Positions 42,360 through 52,912 of a DNA stretch of 64,000 nt are shown piece after piece. The notes under the pieces are model-generated. The model searched no databases. It was not told the DNA's origin and saw nothing but the letters and a program-made list of their open reading frames with translations. The translations under genes and the position numbers were made by a program. The stretch is from contig CAWBAT010000005.1 of the NCBI GenBank assembly GCA_963786955.1, positions 608,001-672,000 of the forward strand, given 5' to 3'. Each line of letters starts with the position of its first letter. The stretch's first letter is position 1. Source of the DNA: an uncultured Acidimicrobiia bacterium (GTDB lineage: Bacteria; Acidobacteriota; Terriglobia; Versatilivoradales; Versatilivoraceae).

Positions 42360-43136
42360 CTAATAATGGATTCGAAAATTGACCGTTATCGAGAGAATCA
42401 CGCTGACGGGTTCATTGTTTAGCCGTGTTGGTTCGTAAACCCACTGGCTTGCGGCTTCCATAGCGGCTTGAACGAGCATGGGATGGCCGCTAATGAGTCT
42501 TATGCTGGAGACCCTGCCTTCCTTCGTGAGGATGGCATCCAGGACGACGGTCCCTTCGATTCGCGCTTGTTTGGCAAAGCTCGGATAAACCGGTTCAACC
42601 CGGGTGATGATACGAGGCTCCCGAACCATTCCCCCCACGCGAAGCGGCGCGTCGACCGGGGGGGCCTGCACTTTAGGTGGAGGAGGAGGGGGCGGGGCAA
42701 CCGGAACTGTCGAGACGGCTCCCCCGATAACACCTCCAATCACGCCACCGAGTGTCCCTCCGGGGACACCGCCCGGGACACCACCCGGCACTCCGCCTGA
42801 GGCCGAGGCTTCCGCTATTGGCTCATCGACAACCATTGCAATCTCTCGAGGGATAGTTACGGGAGCCATAATCCTTCCGCTCACTGTGGGAATCGATTTG
42901 GCCATCTGGGCAGCTTTGGGAGTAGCTGCCGGCGGCGGAGGAGGAGGAGGAGGAGGGGGCGGGGGAGCCACAAGATAGGTAACGAACTTTTCCGGATTCA
43001 AAGTTTCCGTGAAAAACAGCGGAACTATGATCGCTACGATGAGAACCAAGGAATGGAGAATGGTCGAAACGATCAATGGAAATATTTTCTTTTGGATTCG
43101 AATGTTGGGATTACTCTCAATGAGAAGGTCAAACAT
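42360..43136 (-). CDS. tonB: Energy transducer TonB
   Basis: N-terminal TM, poly-Pro, (GGVP)n, PVYPSFAKQARIEGTV. Confidence 0.92.
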   Translation of the reverse strand: MFDLLIESNPNIRIQKKIFPLIVSTILHSLVLIVAIIVPLFFTETLNPEKFVTYLVAPPPPPPPPPPPPAATPKAAQMAKSIPTVSGRIMAPVTIPREIAMVVDEPIAEASASGGVPGGVPGGVPGGTLGGVIGGVIGGAVSTVPVAPPPPPPPKVQAPPVDAPLRVGGMVREPRIITRVEPVYPSFAKQARIEGTVVLDAILTKEGRVSSIRLISGHPMLVQAAMEAASQWVYEPTRLNNEPVSVILSITVNFRIHY

Positions 43137-43234
43137 TTCATCCTCCTTCTAGAAGGAGTTTGTTCGAGGCGGGCGATGCTGAGTCGAAACCGCTTCCTAT
43201 CCCATTCCTTCCCCCAGCCCACTTGACACAAATT

Positions 43235-43696
43235 TCAGGTCACGAAATCATGTTCTGGATGTTTCACTGTCAAAACTGGACAGGGCGCCAATCGAACAAC
43301 TTTTTCGGCGGTCGAGCCAAACACGAGATGGCTGATCCCCTTGTGCCCGTGAGTCGCAAGGGTAATCACATCGATATCCATTTCTTTAGCGCAATTGACA
43401 ATTTCCAGATACGCCTTCCCGGTCACAAAAAGAGGTTCAGCGTCAATGTTCTTGGCACGTAATTCTTCTGTAATCTGCTCAAGGGTCTTCTTTTCCTGTT
43501 CTTGTACCTCAGCACTAAACTCGGGCACCGCGAAATGGTAAGCCTCCATACCCGCCCCAACAAACGGATGCTCACAGGCATGCATGACATATAATTTCGC
43601 CTTGAAGCTTTCCGCAAGGGCGGCGGCATACCGAAGTGCATGTTGCGAGTATTCTGAAAAGTCCGTCGGAAACAAAATCTTTCGGATTTCAATCAT
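43235..43696 (-). CDS. Universal stress protein
   Basis: ILFPTDFS, ATHG..GSTAEKVVRLAPCPVLTV. Confidence 0.95.
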   Translation of the reverse strand: MIEIRKILFPTDFSEYSQHALRYAAALAESFKAKLYVMHACEHPFVGAGMEAYHFAVPEFSAEVQEQEKKTLEQITEELRAKNIDAEPLFVTGKAYLEIVNCAKEMDIDVITLATHGHKGISHLVFGSTAEKVVRLAPCPVLTVKHPEHDFVT

Positions 43697-44125
43697 AGGA
43701 GCCTCCTTGCGGGAGCGAGACTAACCTCATTCAATCGGCTCAGCGGCCTTATCAATAGGTGTGCATGATGGATACCAAAACAAAACATGAAGGGACAGGT
43801 TCGAGATCGGAAGACAGATAAAGCTTTGGAGTAGGCAGCAGAAGAGCAGCTCTCTGCGGTAATTCACCCGCCTTGGGGCAAAAGAGCCGATGGTTTGATA
43901 AGCCGAATTGTGCTATGAAGATATGGAGCACGGAAGGAGTTCCCGCAAGAAGGAGGGTTGTTCACTGATAGCTCCTTGCCGCTTCACCGCCTGCCGGGGA
44001 ATAGAGCTAAGGACTTTGACACGAGGATTGGCGGATAGACAAGACCATCCCGCCAACTGGAAGTTTGCATGCCTAACCTGGCGAGTGTGAATCATTGGAG
44101 ACCCGCTCTTGGTTTGAAATTTAAT

Positions 44126-44139
44126 TTGAGGTTCATCAA
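44126..44139. promoter_or_regulatory. FNR/CRP-type box
   Basis: TTGAG-GTTC-ATCAA, one mismatch to TTGAT-N4-ATCAA, about 55 bp before the ATG. Confidence 0.55.
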
Positions 44140-44194
44140 ATGATATCGCTTTCGAAGCGCCTGAATAGAGGCCCGTCACCATCTTAATTTACTG

Positions 44195-45658
44195 ATGCGG
44201 CTGGCGAAAAATCCCATTTCGCTTCTCGGAATTATCATCACTACGGTCAGCGGCATCCTGATATTCATCCTGACCATCATGGGGTTTCTCGAGTACCTGG
44301 CTAACCCCTACGTCGGGATCATCACCTTCCTCATCCTGCCTGCCTTCTTCATTACAGGTTTACTTCTCATTCCGATAGGGATCTGGCGGATCAAGCGCCT
44401 CCGCCTCCGCCTGCTGGCCGCCGGGAGCACCGTTCCAGAACTTCAGTTTCCGATCTGGAATTTCAATGATGCACGGGTTCGAAGGATTGCAACATTTGTC
44501 ATCATCGCTTCCGTCGTGAATGTGCTCATCCTATCGACGGCTACCTATAAAGGGATTCACTACATGGAGGGTGTCGCTTTCTGTGGAACGGTCTGTCATG
44601 CCGTGATGAAGCCGGAGCACACAAGCCATGAAAACTCACCGCACTCCCGCGTAACCTGCGCCAGTTGCCATATCGGACCCGGGGCACCCTGGTTTGTAAA
44701 ATCAAAGCTTTCCGGAGTTCGTCAGGTTTTCGCGGTCGCACTCCATACCTATAGCACGCCTATCGAAACACCTGTCCGGAATCTGCGTCCTGCACGGGAT
44801 ACTTGCGAGCAGTGTCATTGGCCTGAAAAATTTCATGACGACCGAGTAAAAGTGATTCAAAAATATAAGGACGATGAAAAAAATACCCCCATCACAACGG
44901 CATTGTTGTTAAAGGTGGGAGGATCCCGGGACAATGCTCGGAAATGGCAGCGGAATTCACTGGTGGCATATGGCTCAAGTCAATAAAGTGACCTATATCG
45001 CCGACGAGAAGCGGGAAAAGATTTTCTGGGTTGAACACCAGAACATGAAAGGAGAGGACACTGTCTTTGAATTAGAAAACTCCGGCATCTCACCCCAGGA
45101 ACTCAGCAAATATGAAAAGAGGGTCATGGATTGTGTTGACTGTCATAACCGTCCGACGCATATTTACAAACTTCCCGAAGAGGCAGTTGACCAGGCGATC
45201 AGTGCTCATCAGATCGACGAAAGCCTCCCTTTTATCAAGAAGGAGGGGGTGGTTTTGCTCAGAGGCAAACTATCCGAGTGACGTGGAGGCGAAACGCCAA
45301 ATTGAGTCCGGAATGATGAGTTATTATCAAAAACTATACCCGCAGGTCTATGAGACCCAGAAAGTCCAAATTCAACAGGCAATCACGGCTTTGCAGAACA
45401 TATACTCCCGGAATGTGTTCCCTGAAATGAAAGTTGCATGGGGTACCTATCCAAACCATCTTGGGTCATGAGAACTTTCCGGGCTGTTTTAGGTGCCATG
45501 ACGACAGTCATAAGAGTAAGAGTGGCAAAACGATCACGCAAGATTGTAGTGCATGCCACGATCTCCTCGCGGTCGAGGAAGAGAAGCCACTCGCTATTTC
45601 TGAAATTTTGCAGGGTAAGAATCCCCGCAATAAATTCCTGGATGGCCCACGGACTTAG
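44195..45658 (+). CDS. ImcH-like inner-membrane multiheme cytochrome (NapC/NirT-related); three frameshifts (~44935, ~45270, ~45462)
   Basis: 3 TM helices; CGTVCH, CASCH, CEQCH, GIHWWH, MDCVDCHNRPTH, GCFRCH, CSACH. Confidence 0.8.
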
Positions 45659-45836
45659 TACTCCATTTCATAAATACGGTGATGTATCTTAGTACTGCTA
45701 TTCGTAATTGCGGTGACGTATCTTAAGAATAGGCGCCGCGTGGGGTTGAGGCTTTGAGAAAGCCTCAACGGCCTACAAAGTTGCAGGCCGGGTCACCGAC
45801 CCGGCGTTAACGTGATCGAATTTCTGAAAGCCAGAC
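45658..45836. mobile_element. MITE-like REP element (copy 3, inverted, with duplicated end)
   Basis: Two gtact..taa.t.cggtga ends (45658, 45692); ggcgccgcgtgggg..ggcctaca..aggccgggtcaccgacccggc. Confidence 0.7.
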
Positions 45837-46163
45837 CAAAGTACATCCAAAAATTTGCCAGACGACACTAAAGCCAGAGTTTACAGGTATGAGGGTCAAT
45901 TTTTGGTGCAAGTCACCGCTGGACAGAGAAGGCTTCTTGCGCTAAATTAATCAACACAATCGGATTAATTTGCAGATTTTCTCAACACAATCCGATTCAA
46001 TCAGTTAATAATTGTTTACTTGCTCTGCATTCGTAACTGTGGGGGAAATAACCGGCTTTGGATTAAAACTCCCTCTCCAAGTTCTTTCACAGAAAAAATC
46101 TAGCAATCATTTAACCTATTCATAAATAACTATTTAATAGAAAATATTTATTTTTTTTACCTT

Positions 46164-46192
46164 TGGCAGGAAGCTTGCGAAATTATTCACCA
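46164..46192 (+). promoter_or_regulatory. Sigma54 promoter overlapped by a Rex-like palindrome
   Basis: TGGCAGGAAGCTTGC (GG-N10-GC); TTGCGAA-ATTA-TTCACCA; AT-rich tract upstream. Confidence 0.6.
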
Positions 46193-46223
46193 GACAAGTA
46201 GGGATAGAAGGGAGAAGGTTGAC

Positions 46224-47183
46224 TTGAAAAGGAATCGTGTAATTGTCATTTTTTTATTCGTTTTTGCGGCAACCTCGGGAACATGGCTGCTGTTTCATCG
46301 AGCTCCACGCCCAGGTTCTCTATCGGATGTCAAGAAACGCCCTGAACTCCGTCCGTATTTTTTGTCGGCCTTGAAACTAGACCAGCCCATAGCTAAGGTT
46401 GGGTCAAATGAACTCAAGACTGATGAATTACGCGATTACCTGCTGTTGACATTTCAGGGCCAGATGACCCAGGTTTCTATCCCCCAGCCCGATCTGGTGG
46501 CAAAAATTTCTGGGGCTCTAGACCGGTTGATTGACGAAGAACTGCTGGCGCAAGCCGCGCAAAAGGAAGGCCTGAAAAGCTCTTTAGAGGGAGTCGAGAG
46601 GAAGCAAGACTTGGCGAAGAAGTATCTTGAAAGCCAGCTCGCAAAAGAGCCGCCCGTAAGCGACGTTCAGATGCGCGACTTTTACAGAAACCATGGTGAG
46701 AAGTTTTTGATTCCAGCCGGGGTTCAACTCCGAGAATTTTTCATACCTTTCACAGGGGAGAAGAGCAAAACGGGTAAAAAAGATTCTGCTTTTGATCTGG
46801 CCAAGGATCTAGCCGATCGAGTCACTAAAGGTGATTCAATCGAAGAGCTCAGTAAGAAATATGTTTCAGAAGAGTATCGGGAGAGAACCCAAATTCACCT
46901 CTACAAAGGCGGCGTGACAGAACCAGTCGATGATCAGAAGGTGCTGGCGCTCCGACCGGGTCAAAGCGCCGGGCCTTTCCGTACCGAAGGCGGGTATTCC
47001 GTTTTTCAAGGGATCTCCCAGGAACGAAGTCGGTTTATTCCGTTTTACGAAGCCAAGGCTAAGATTCAATTATTTCTGGAAGCACGTCGGGTCGAGAATT
47101 TGAGGCAAAAGCTCGTGGATCAACTGAAGCAGCAGATTCCGATCGAGCGATACGAAATTGATAAACTGATCACAGTCAGTTGA
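46224..47183 (+). CDS. Parvulin/PrsA-SurA-like periplasmic chaperone-PPIase
   Basis: N-terminal TM; LDRLIDEELLAQAA, GPFRTEGGY. Confidence 0.75.
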   Translation: MKRNRVIVIFLFVFAATSGTWLLFHRAPRPGSLSDVKKRPELRPYFLSALKLDQPIAKVGSNELKTDELRDYLLLTFQGQMTQVSIPQPDLVAKISGALDRLIDEELLAQAAQKEGLKSSLEGVERKQDLAKKYLESQLAKEPPVSDVQMRDFYRNHGEKFLIPAGVQLREFFIPFTGEKSKTGKKDSAFDLAKDLADRVTKGDSIEELSKKYVSEEYRERTQIHLYKGGVTEPVDDQKVLALRPGQSAGPFRTEGGYSVFQGISQERSRFIPFYEAKAKIQLFLEARRVENLRQKLVDQLKQQIPIERYEIDKLITVS

Positions 47184-47376
47184 ATTATGCGAAAGAAAGA
47201 TCTCGATAAAACAGGTTCCAACGTCTGGGAAGGTTTAGAGTTGTCAGAGAGTAAGTGGGTCAGGGAGTAGGATGTGGAAACATATTGGGAAGTCGCAGAG
47301 AAGATTAAGATTCTTGGCCCAGCGAAGGAATGGTTGTACGAATTCTTAACATTTACGCCCTTTAACGGAGGATGTT

Positions 47377-49435
47377 ATGGTTAGATCCATATCAAGCCGG
47401 GTAGTCATCATATGCACGCTCCTCTTCCTGTTCCTAGTCTGGATATCCATCCCAGTCTGGGGAAGTACGGTAGGGGACACGAAGCAAGGAGTCCAATTTA
47501 ACAAGCATGAGCTGAGCTATTATCTCGACCAAAGCCAGGTCAATTTTGTCCGCCCTGGACTAAAATTCACGATTAAGGCGGTCACGATTAGCGGCGACTA
47601 ATAGGATTATCGTCACCTTCTTGATTACCGACAACAATGGCTTGCCTCTGGATCGATTAGGTGTCTCTACACCGGGGGTGGTCAGCACTAGTTTCATAGC
47701 CGCATATATTCCCAAGGATCAATCGCAATATACTGCTTACACAACTCGAATACAAACTAGTCCTATCAACGGAGTAAAGGCTGTGCAAGCCGGTACGGAT
47801 TCAGGTGGAACTTATGCACAATTGTCTGATGGCCTGTATACATACACTTTCAATACGGTGCTGCCCTCAAATTTTGATCGAAACATGACTCATACTGTGG
47901 CTCTCTATGGTTCACGCAACCTCAGCGAATTCGATCTTGGGATTCAATATGATAACAAAACAATTGACTGGGTCCCGAGCGGTGCTCCGGTCACTGTCGT
48001 ACGCGACGTTGTCGTCACAGCGACCTGTAACCAATGCCACGATCCTTTGGCACTTCATGGAGGATCACGACGGGAAATCAAGGTCTGCGTGACCTGTCAC
48101 ACCCCTCAAACTACCGATCCGGATACCGGGAACACAGTTGACATGAAGGTCATGGTCCACAAGATCCATGCCGGACCCAACTTGCCTAGTGTCAAGGCTG
48201 GGAAACCGTATATTATTATTGGCAATAGGCAATCGGTGAATGACTATTCTAATGTAACTTTTCCCCAAGAGCTCAACCACTGCGAGGGCTGCCATACTGG
48301 CAAAGGCACTCAAGTCAACAACTGGCTCTTGAAACCCTCTCGTGCGAGTTGCGGCTCCTGTCATGACGATGTGAATTTTGCAACAGGTGATAAACATGCC
48401 GGCGGCCCGCAGCCGTCGGACAACCTTTGCGCCAATTGTCATGTTCCTGAAGGAGAAGTGGATTTCGACGCGTCCATTAAAGGCGCTCATGTGATCCCAA
48501 CATTATCCAAGGATTTGCCTGGGGTCAATTTTGAAATTTTGAACGTCAAAGACACCAAGCCCGGCAACAAACCGACAGTTACACTGAAGATCACGGATGA
48601 CGACGGTTTCCCAATCGAAACCTCTCAGATGAACAGTTTAAGCTTAGTATTGGCCGGTCCGACTACTGACTACGCAGGCTTTGTGTCTGAAAATGCGCTT
48701 ACAACTAAAAGCCAGGGTGGCATCCTGAACTATACATTCCTGAAGGCTATCCCTGCGGACGCCAAAGGTAGCTATGCCATCTCTGTCCAGGGATACAGAA
48801 ACATAACGCTTCAACCGGGAACCACTAGTGAGGTCAAGGACGTTCGCGATGCAGGATTCAACCCAGTTGTCTATGTAGCGGTGACGGATAGCAAGCCTGT
48901 GCCCCGTCGCCAGGCTGTCTCTCAAGAGAACTGCAACAGTTGCCATGCTCACCTGGCGCTCCATGGAGGGTCCCGTCAAAATGTTATGTATTGTGTCATG
49001 TGCCACAATGCAAATTGGGATGACAAGGCGCGCCGGCCAGCCGACAAACTGCCAGTCGAATCCATCCACATGAAAACCATGATCCATAAGATCCACACTG
49101 GGGAAGAATTGGAGAATGATTTTACGATCTACGGATTCGGAAATGTTCCGGTCAACTTCAATGAAGTAACTTTCCCTGGAGATCGTCGCAATTGTGAGAA
49201 GTGCCATGTCAATGAATCTCAACAGCTACCGTTAGCGAAGGGAGTATTGCCTTCGGTGGCGCCGCGAGATTACATCAACCCGATGAAACCGGCGACAGCT
49301 GCTTGTCTCACTTGCCATACCTCTCAAGAAGCTGCTTCCCATGCGCTCTTGAATACCTCCACCCTTGGAGAATCCTGCAGTGTTTGTCACGGAACAACAT
49401 CCGAATTCTCCGTTGACAAGGTTCACGCGCGGTAA
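47377..49435 (+). CDS. MtrC/OmcA-family decaheme cytochrome; one extra base at 47599
   Basis: GGAGG RBS; 10 CxxCH in two 5-heme blocks separated by beta domains; MVHKIH/MIHKIH; removing T47599 fuses the 74 aa and 604 aa ORFs. Confidence 0.88.
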
Positions 49436-49454
49436 GTCGTTCGCTCGACCCTTA

Positions 49455-49492
49455 TCCAGCCGCTCTTCGCAGGGCGGCTGGAGTTTCTTGTT
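49455..49492 (+). terminator. Hairpin/terminator after the mtrC-like gene
   Basis: TCCAGCCGCTCT-TCGC-AGGGCGGCTGGA then GTTTCTTGTT. Confidence 0.6.
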
Positions 49493-49542
49493 GTGTGAAT
49501 GAAAGGTATCTTCTCACCCCGACCCCTGGAGGTGAGAAGAAA

Positions 49543-49618
49543 TTGTAGCGGCGCTCTATGAGCGCCGACCAAGCCGTTGAGATGAAAAGAAGACGGCGGT
49601 CACAGACCGCCGCTACAA
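49543..49618. repeat. GTAG REP doublet
   Basis: tgtagcggcgctctatgagcgccg ... cggcggtcacagaccgccgctaca. Confidence 0.8.
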
Positions 49619-49783
49619 CCAATTCTTTCACGCCTTCCCTCTCCACTTGGTGAGGGGAACGAATTGAGGATGACCTGAAAGTGTAACTTTACTTCATGCG
49701 TTTGTACGAGACACAAGGACGGAAAGAAGAGGATGCAATCGCTTGCCAACCCATTGTCATCAACCGGAAAGGGTGTGAATGTT

Positions 49784-50737
49784 ATGCCCGTTCGTCTCTC
49801 TAGGAATGCCGCTTTCATCCTGGCGTTCATGTTGACTTTGGTTTTCCCCAGTTTTGCCAAAACGCCCAAAAGTCAGCAAGCCGCGCAAGAGCCGAGCCCC
49901 AAAGCCATCGTGGCTGAGGCAAAGAACGACTATGTCAGCTCAGCTACCTGCTCTTCCTGTCATGAGGCTCAAACGACGAAATTCGCAACCAACCCCCACC
50001 AAATCCTTGATATGAAGGCGGATAAGGGTTGGAAAGATCGTGCCTGTGAAGCCTGCCACGGTCCTGGACAAGCCCATGTCGATGCTGGAGATGGAAGTCA
50101 TGTCGTTCTTCTTAAAAGCAGCTCGACGAACGCCGAAATCAACAAGACCTGTCTCAGTTGCCACGCGGACAGCAACACGCAGGCAGGGGGGCCCAACAAC
50201 TTGCATCGAAAGGAAAACCTGGCCTGCACAGAATGCCACTCAATTCACGAACCCAAGCAGAAGCAGCATTTGCTGACAGCAAGCGTCGATCGAGTTTGCA
50301 CGGCCTGCCATAAGGATGTTTTAGCAGCGTTCTATATGCCCTTTCATCATCGATTACTCGAAGGGGCTATTCACTGTGTAGATTGTCACCAGCCGCACAG
50401 CGGCCTGATGCCCAAGATGGCCAGACTTTCTTTTGGAAATGAATCGCCCTGCGTCAAATGCCATTCCGACAAGCGGGGGCCCTTTGCCTTCGAGCATCCC
50501 GTGATGCGCCTCGAAGGATGTATGGCATGCCACGCACCTCATGGTTCCATTAACTCCAAGATGCTCATTCGGACGCAACTCAGCTTGATGTGTCTGGAAT
50601 GTCACACTTTTACCCCTGGAGTTTTGGCCAGTCAGCCTCCATCGTTCCATGATTTGCGTAGTGCCCGGTTTCGGAATTGTACGACTTGTCACGTCAAGAT
50701 CCATGGTTCCAATGTGGACCGATTCTTAAGGCACTAA
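49784..50737 (+). CDS. MtrA/DmsE-family periplasmic decaheme cytochrome
   Basis: 10 CxxCH; CEACHGPG..H, GPFAFEHP, terminal CHVKIHGSN. Confidence 0.92.
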   Translation: MPVRLSRNAAFILAFMLTLVFPSFAKTPKSQQAAQEPSPKAIVAEAKNDYVSSATCSSCHEAQTTKFATNPHQILDMKADKGWKDRACEACHGPGQAHVDAGDGSHVVLLKSSSTNAEINKTCLSCHADSNTQAGGPNNLHRKENLACTECHSIHEPKQKQHLLTASVDRVCTACHKDVLAAFYMPFHHRLLEGAIHCVDCHQPHSGLMPKMARLSFGNESPCVKCHSDKRGPFAFEHPVMRLEGCMACHAPHGSINSKMLIRTQLSLMCLECHTFTPGVLASQPPSFHDLRSARFRNCTTCHVKIHGSNVDRFLRH

Positions 50738-50749
50738 CAGAGCTAATCC

Positions 50750-52842
50750 ATGCGAAACCTGAGAAAAATGCGCCAGACGGTTCCTCAGTTCTTTACAGGT
50801 TGGGTTCCTCTACGTCTCCATACCCAGCGGCGACGGGGCCCAGGAATGTTTTTCTTCTTGCTCATACTGAGCTTCGGGGGGAGTTTTCTTCACGCGCAAG
50901 AGCGACCGTTTGAAAATCCCAAGTCGGCCCCGGACACTGGCAATCCGGTTCTGATTCGTGGGATGGAGGCTACCGGGGTCGTCGATGTGGGTTATCGCAG
51001 TATTGCCGGATTTAACGGGAGTCAAGACTACTATCGGAGTGTTGTCAACCTGGGTAATGGCCCACGCCTTCTCTTCGCGAATATGGATTTTCAGAGCCCA
51101 CTGGGGACCAAGAAATATTTCGACAAGCTTCATTTCGATGCGTCGGCTTGGGGTGGTGATCCTTACAACACCATTCGCGTCTATGCGCAAAAAGCCGGAG
51201 TTTATGAGTTCAATTTCAATTACCGGAACGTGGATTACTATAATTATATCCCCACTTTTGCCAACCCTCTGCTGCTCGAAGGAGTCCTGGTAGGTCAGCA
51301 TTCATATGATACGGCGATTCGCACTATGGATTTTGATTTGACCCTTCGTCCGGGAAAGAAAATCTCTCCATATTTTTGCCTACTCTCGATCTTCTGGTTT
51401 TGGCCCGGGAATCACCACATTCACCGGAGCCGGCAACGAATTCCCCGTTAACAACAATGTGAGCAACAGTAGTAACTATTATCGTGGTGGTGTGACACTG
51501 AATCTTCGCAAGACTAATCTGATCTTCGAACAGGGCGTCGTGTCGTTTAAAGACGATCAAACGGTTTACTGGCAGGGAGGAGTGAATAAGGGAAACCGTA
51601 AAACACCCCTGCTTGGTGAAACAACCTATCTGGATCAACTCGACGAGTACTATCATGTACGTGGGACAACTCCAGTCAGCCGATTTCAAATCGTATCGAC
51701 ACCATGGGAAAAATTGACTGTCACCGGCCGGTTCGTCTATACCCAGCCGAATTTAGAATTTTGATTATAACCAACGCTCTGCCGGGAATTTTGTTTCTTT
51801 TGAGGTGGCAAGGATTTTCACCGGCGATGTCTCTAATGCCGTTTCAGACGGAAAGTTGCCGCACATTCTGGGAAACGTATCCGTTGAATATCGACCTTGG
51901 GAAAGGGTTCGGATAATCGACAATCTGATCACGGACCGATTTCATACCGACCCCAGTTCTACTCTCGGGCGCACCTTGACTGGTACCGATCCTCTGTCTG
52001 GCTCTCCGGACCCTGACGGGACGTTTAGCTATACCACGACAGATTCGAATCGTCTGGCTGTGAATCTGAATCAAAATCAGTTGGAGGGAATCGTCGATCT
52101 CACCTCCAAACTCTCAGTACGAGGCGGTTATCGCTACGTGTGGTCTGATACCCAATTAGTCTCATTCAATCTGGAGGGCGAAAACCAGGCCATTAGCATC
52201 AACCGCAATGTGGCGATAGCAGGGTTTAATTACCGGCTGCAACGTAAGGCCAGCCTGGGGCTGGATTTAGAGATTGGCCAGGGGAACCGAGTCTTTTCTC
52301 GAACGGACATTCTCGATTACCAGAAAGTTCGCATCCGTGGGCGTTACAAGATCTGGAACCCCCTGGTGATTAGTGGATCCTATTTTCTGCTGAACTACCA
52401 AAACGGCCAGCGGGATATCGATTACAATTTCAATAGTTACGGTTACAGCCTTTCCGCCATTGTGGCTCCCAAAGGCGGGAAGCGATTCATGGCGACCTTG
52501 GACTATTCCAAAGGCGATCTTAATTCGGATATTCTAATCCTGATTCCTCAAACTCTGACGAGGAGTCAATCCATTTATATTGAAAACAGTAATTTCGGAA
52601 ACTTGAACCTTGATTTCGGGATCTACCGGGGTTTTCGATTTAATTTGGGCGGTTCGGTGATGACAACCTCCGGGAATCGTCCGCTGAATTATTATCAGCC
52701 CCACGCCGGTTTTCTCATTCCCCTGGGTAGCAAGTTGTATTGGACAACCGAATGGCGTTATTACGACTTCAATGATAAAGAATTTGCTTTCCAGGATTTT
52801 AGAGTTCACCTGATTACCGCCGGAATTCGATTCCGCTATTGA
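50750..52842 (+). CDS. MtrB/PioB-like outer-membrane beta-barrel; frameshifts near 51380-51410 and 51760
   Basis: Amphipathic beta strands, Tyr/Asn-rich, C-terminal GIRFRY; directly after the MtrA-like gene. Confidence 0.75.
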
Positions 52843-52912
52843 TTTTTCCGATATGACGCATGGTCCATTTGCCTGCATAGAGCGCATCCTGCACTCGAGG
52901 AGAGGTGCAAGT

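Noticed and set aside
42700-42970. Low-complexity GC repeats
   Set aside because: They encode the normal poly-Pro and GGVP linker of TonB.
29165-45836. Recurring repeats as a CRISPR array
   Set aside because: Copies are dispersed kilobases apart with no repeat-spacer periodicity and no cas genes.
47599-47604. Stop-codon readthrough in the MtrC-like gene
   Set aside because: The downstream ORF is in a different frame; a single extra T explains it.
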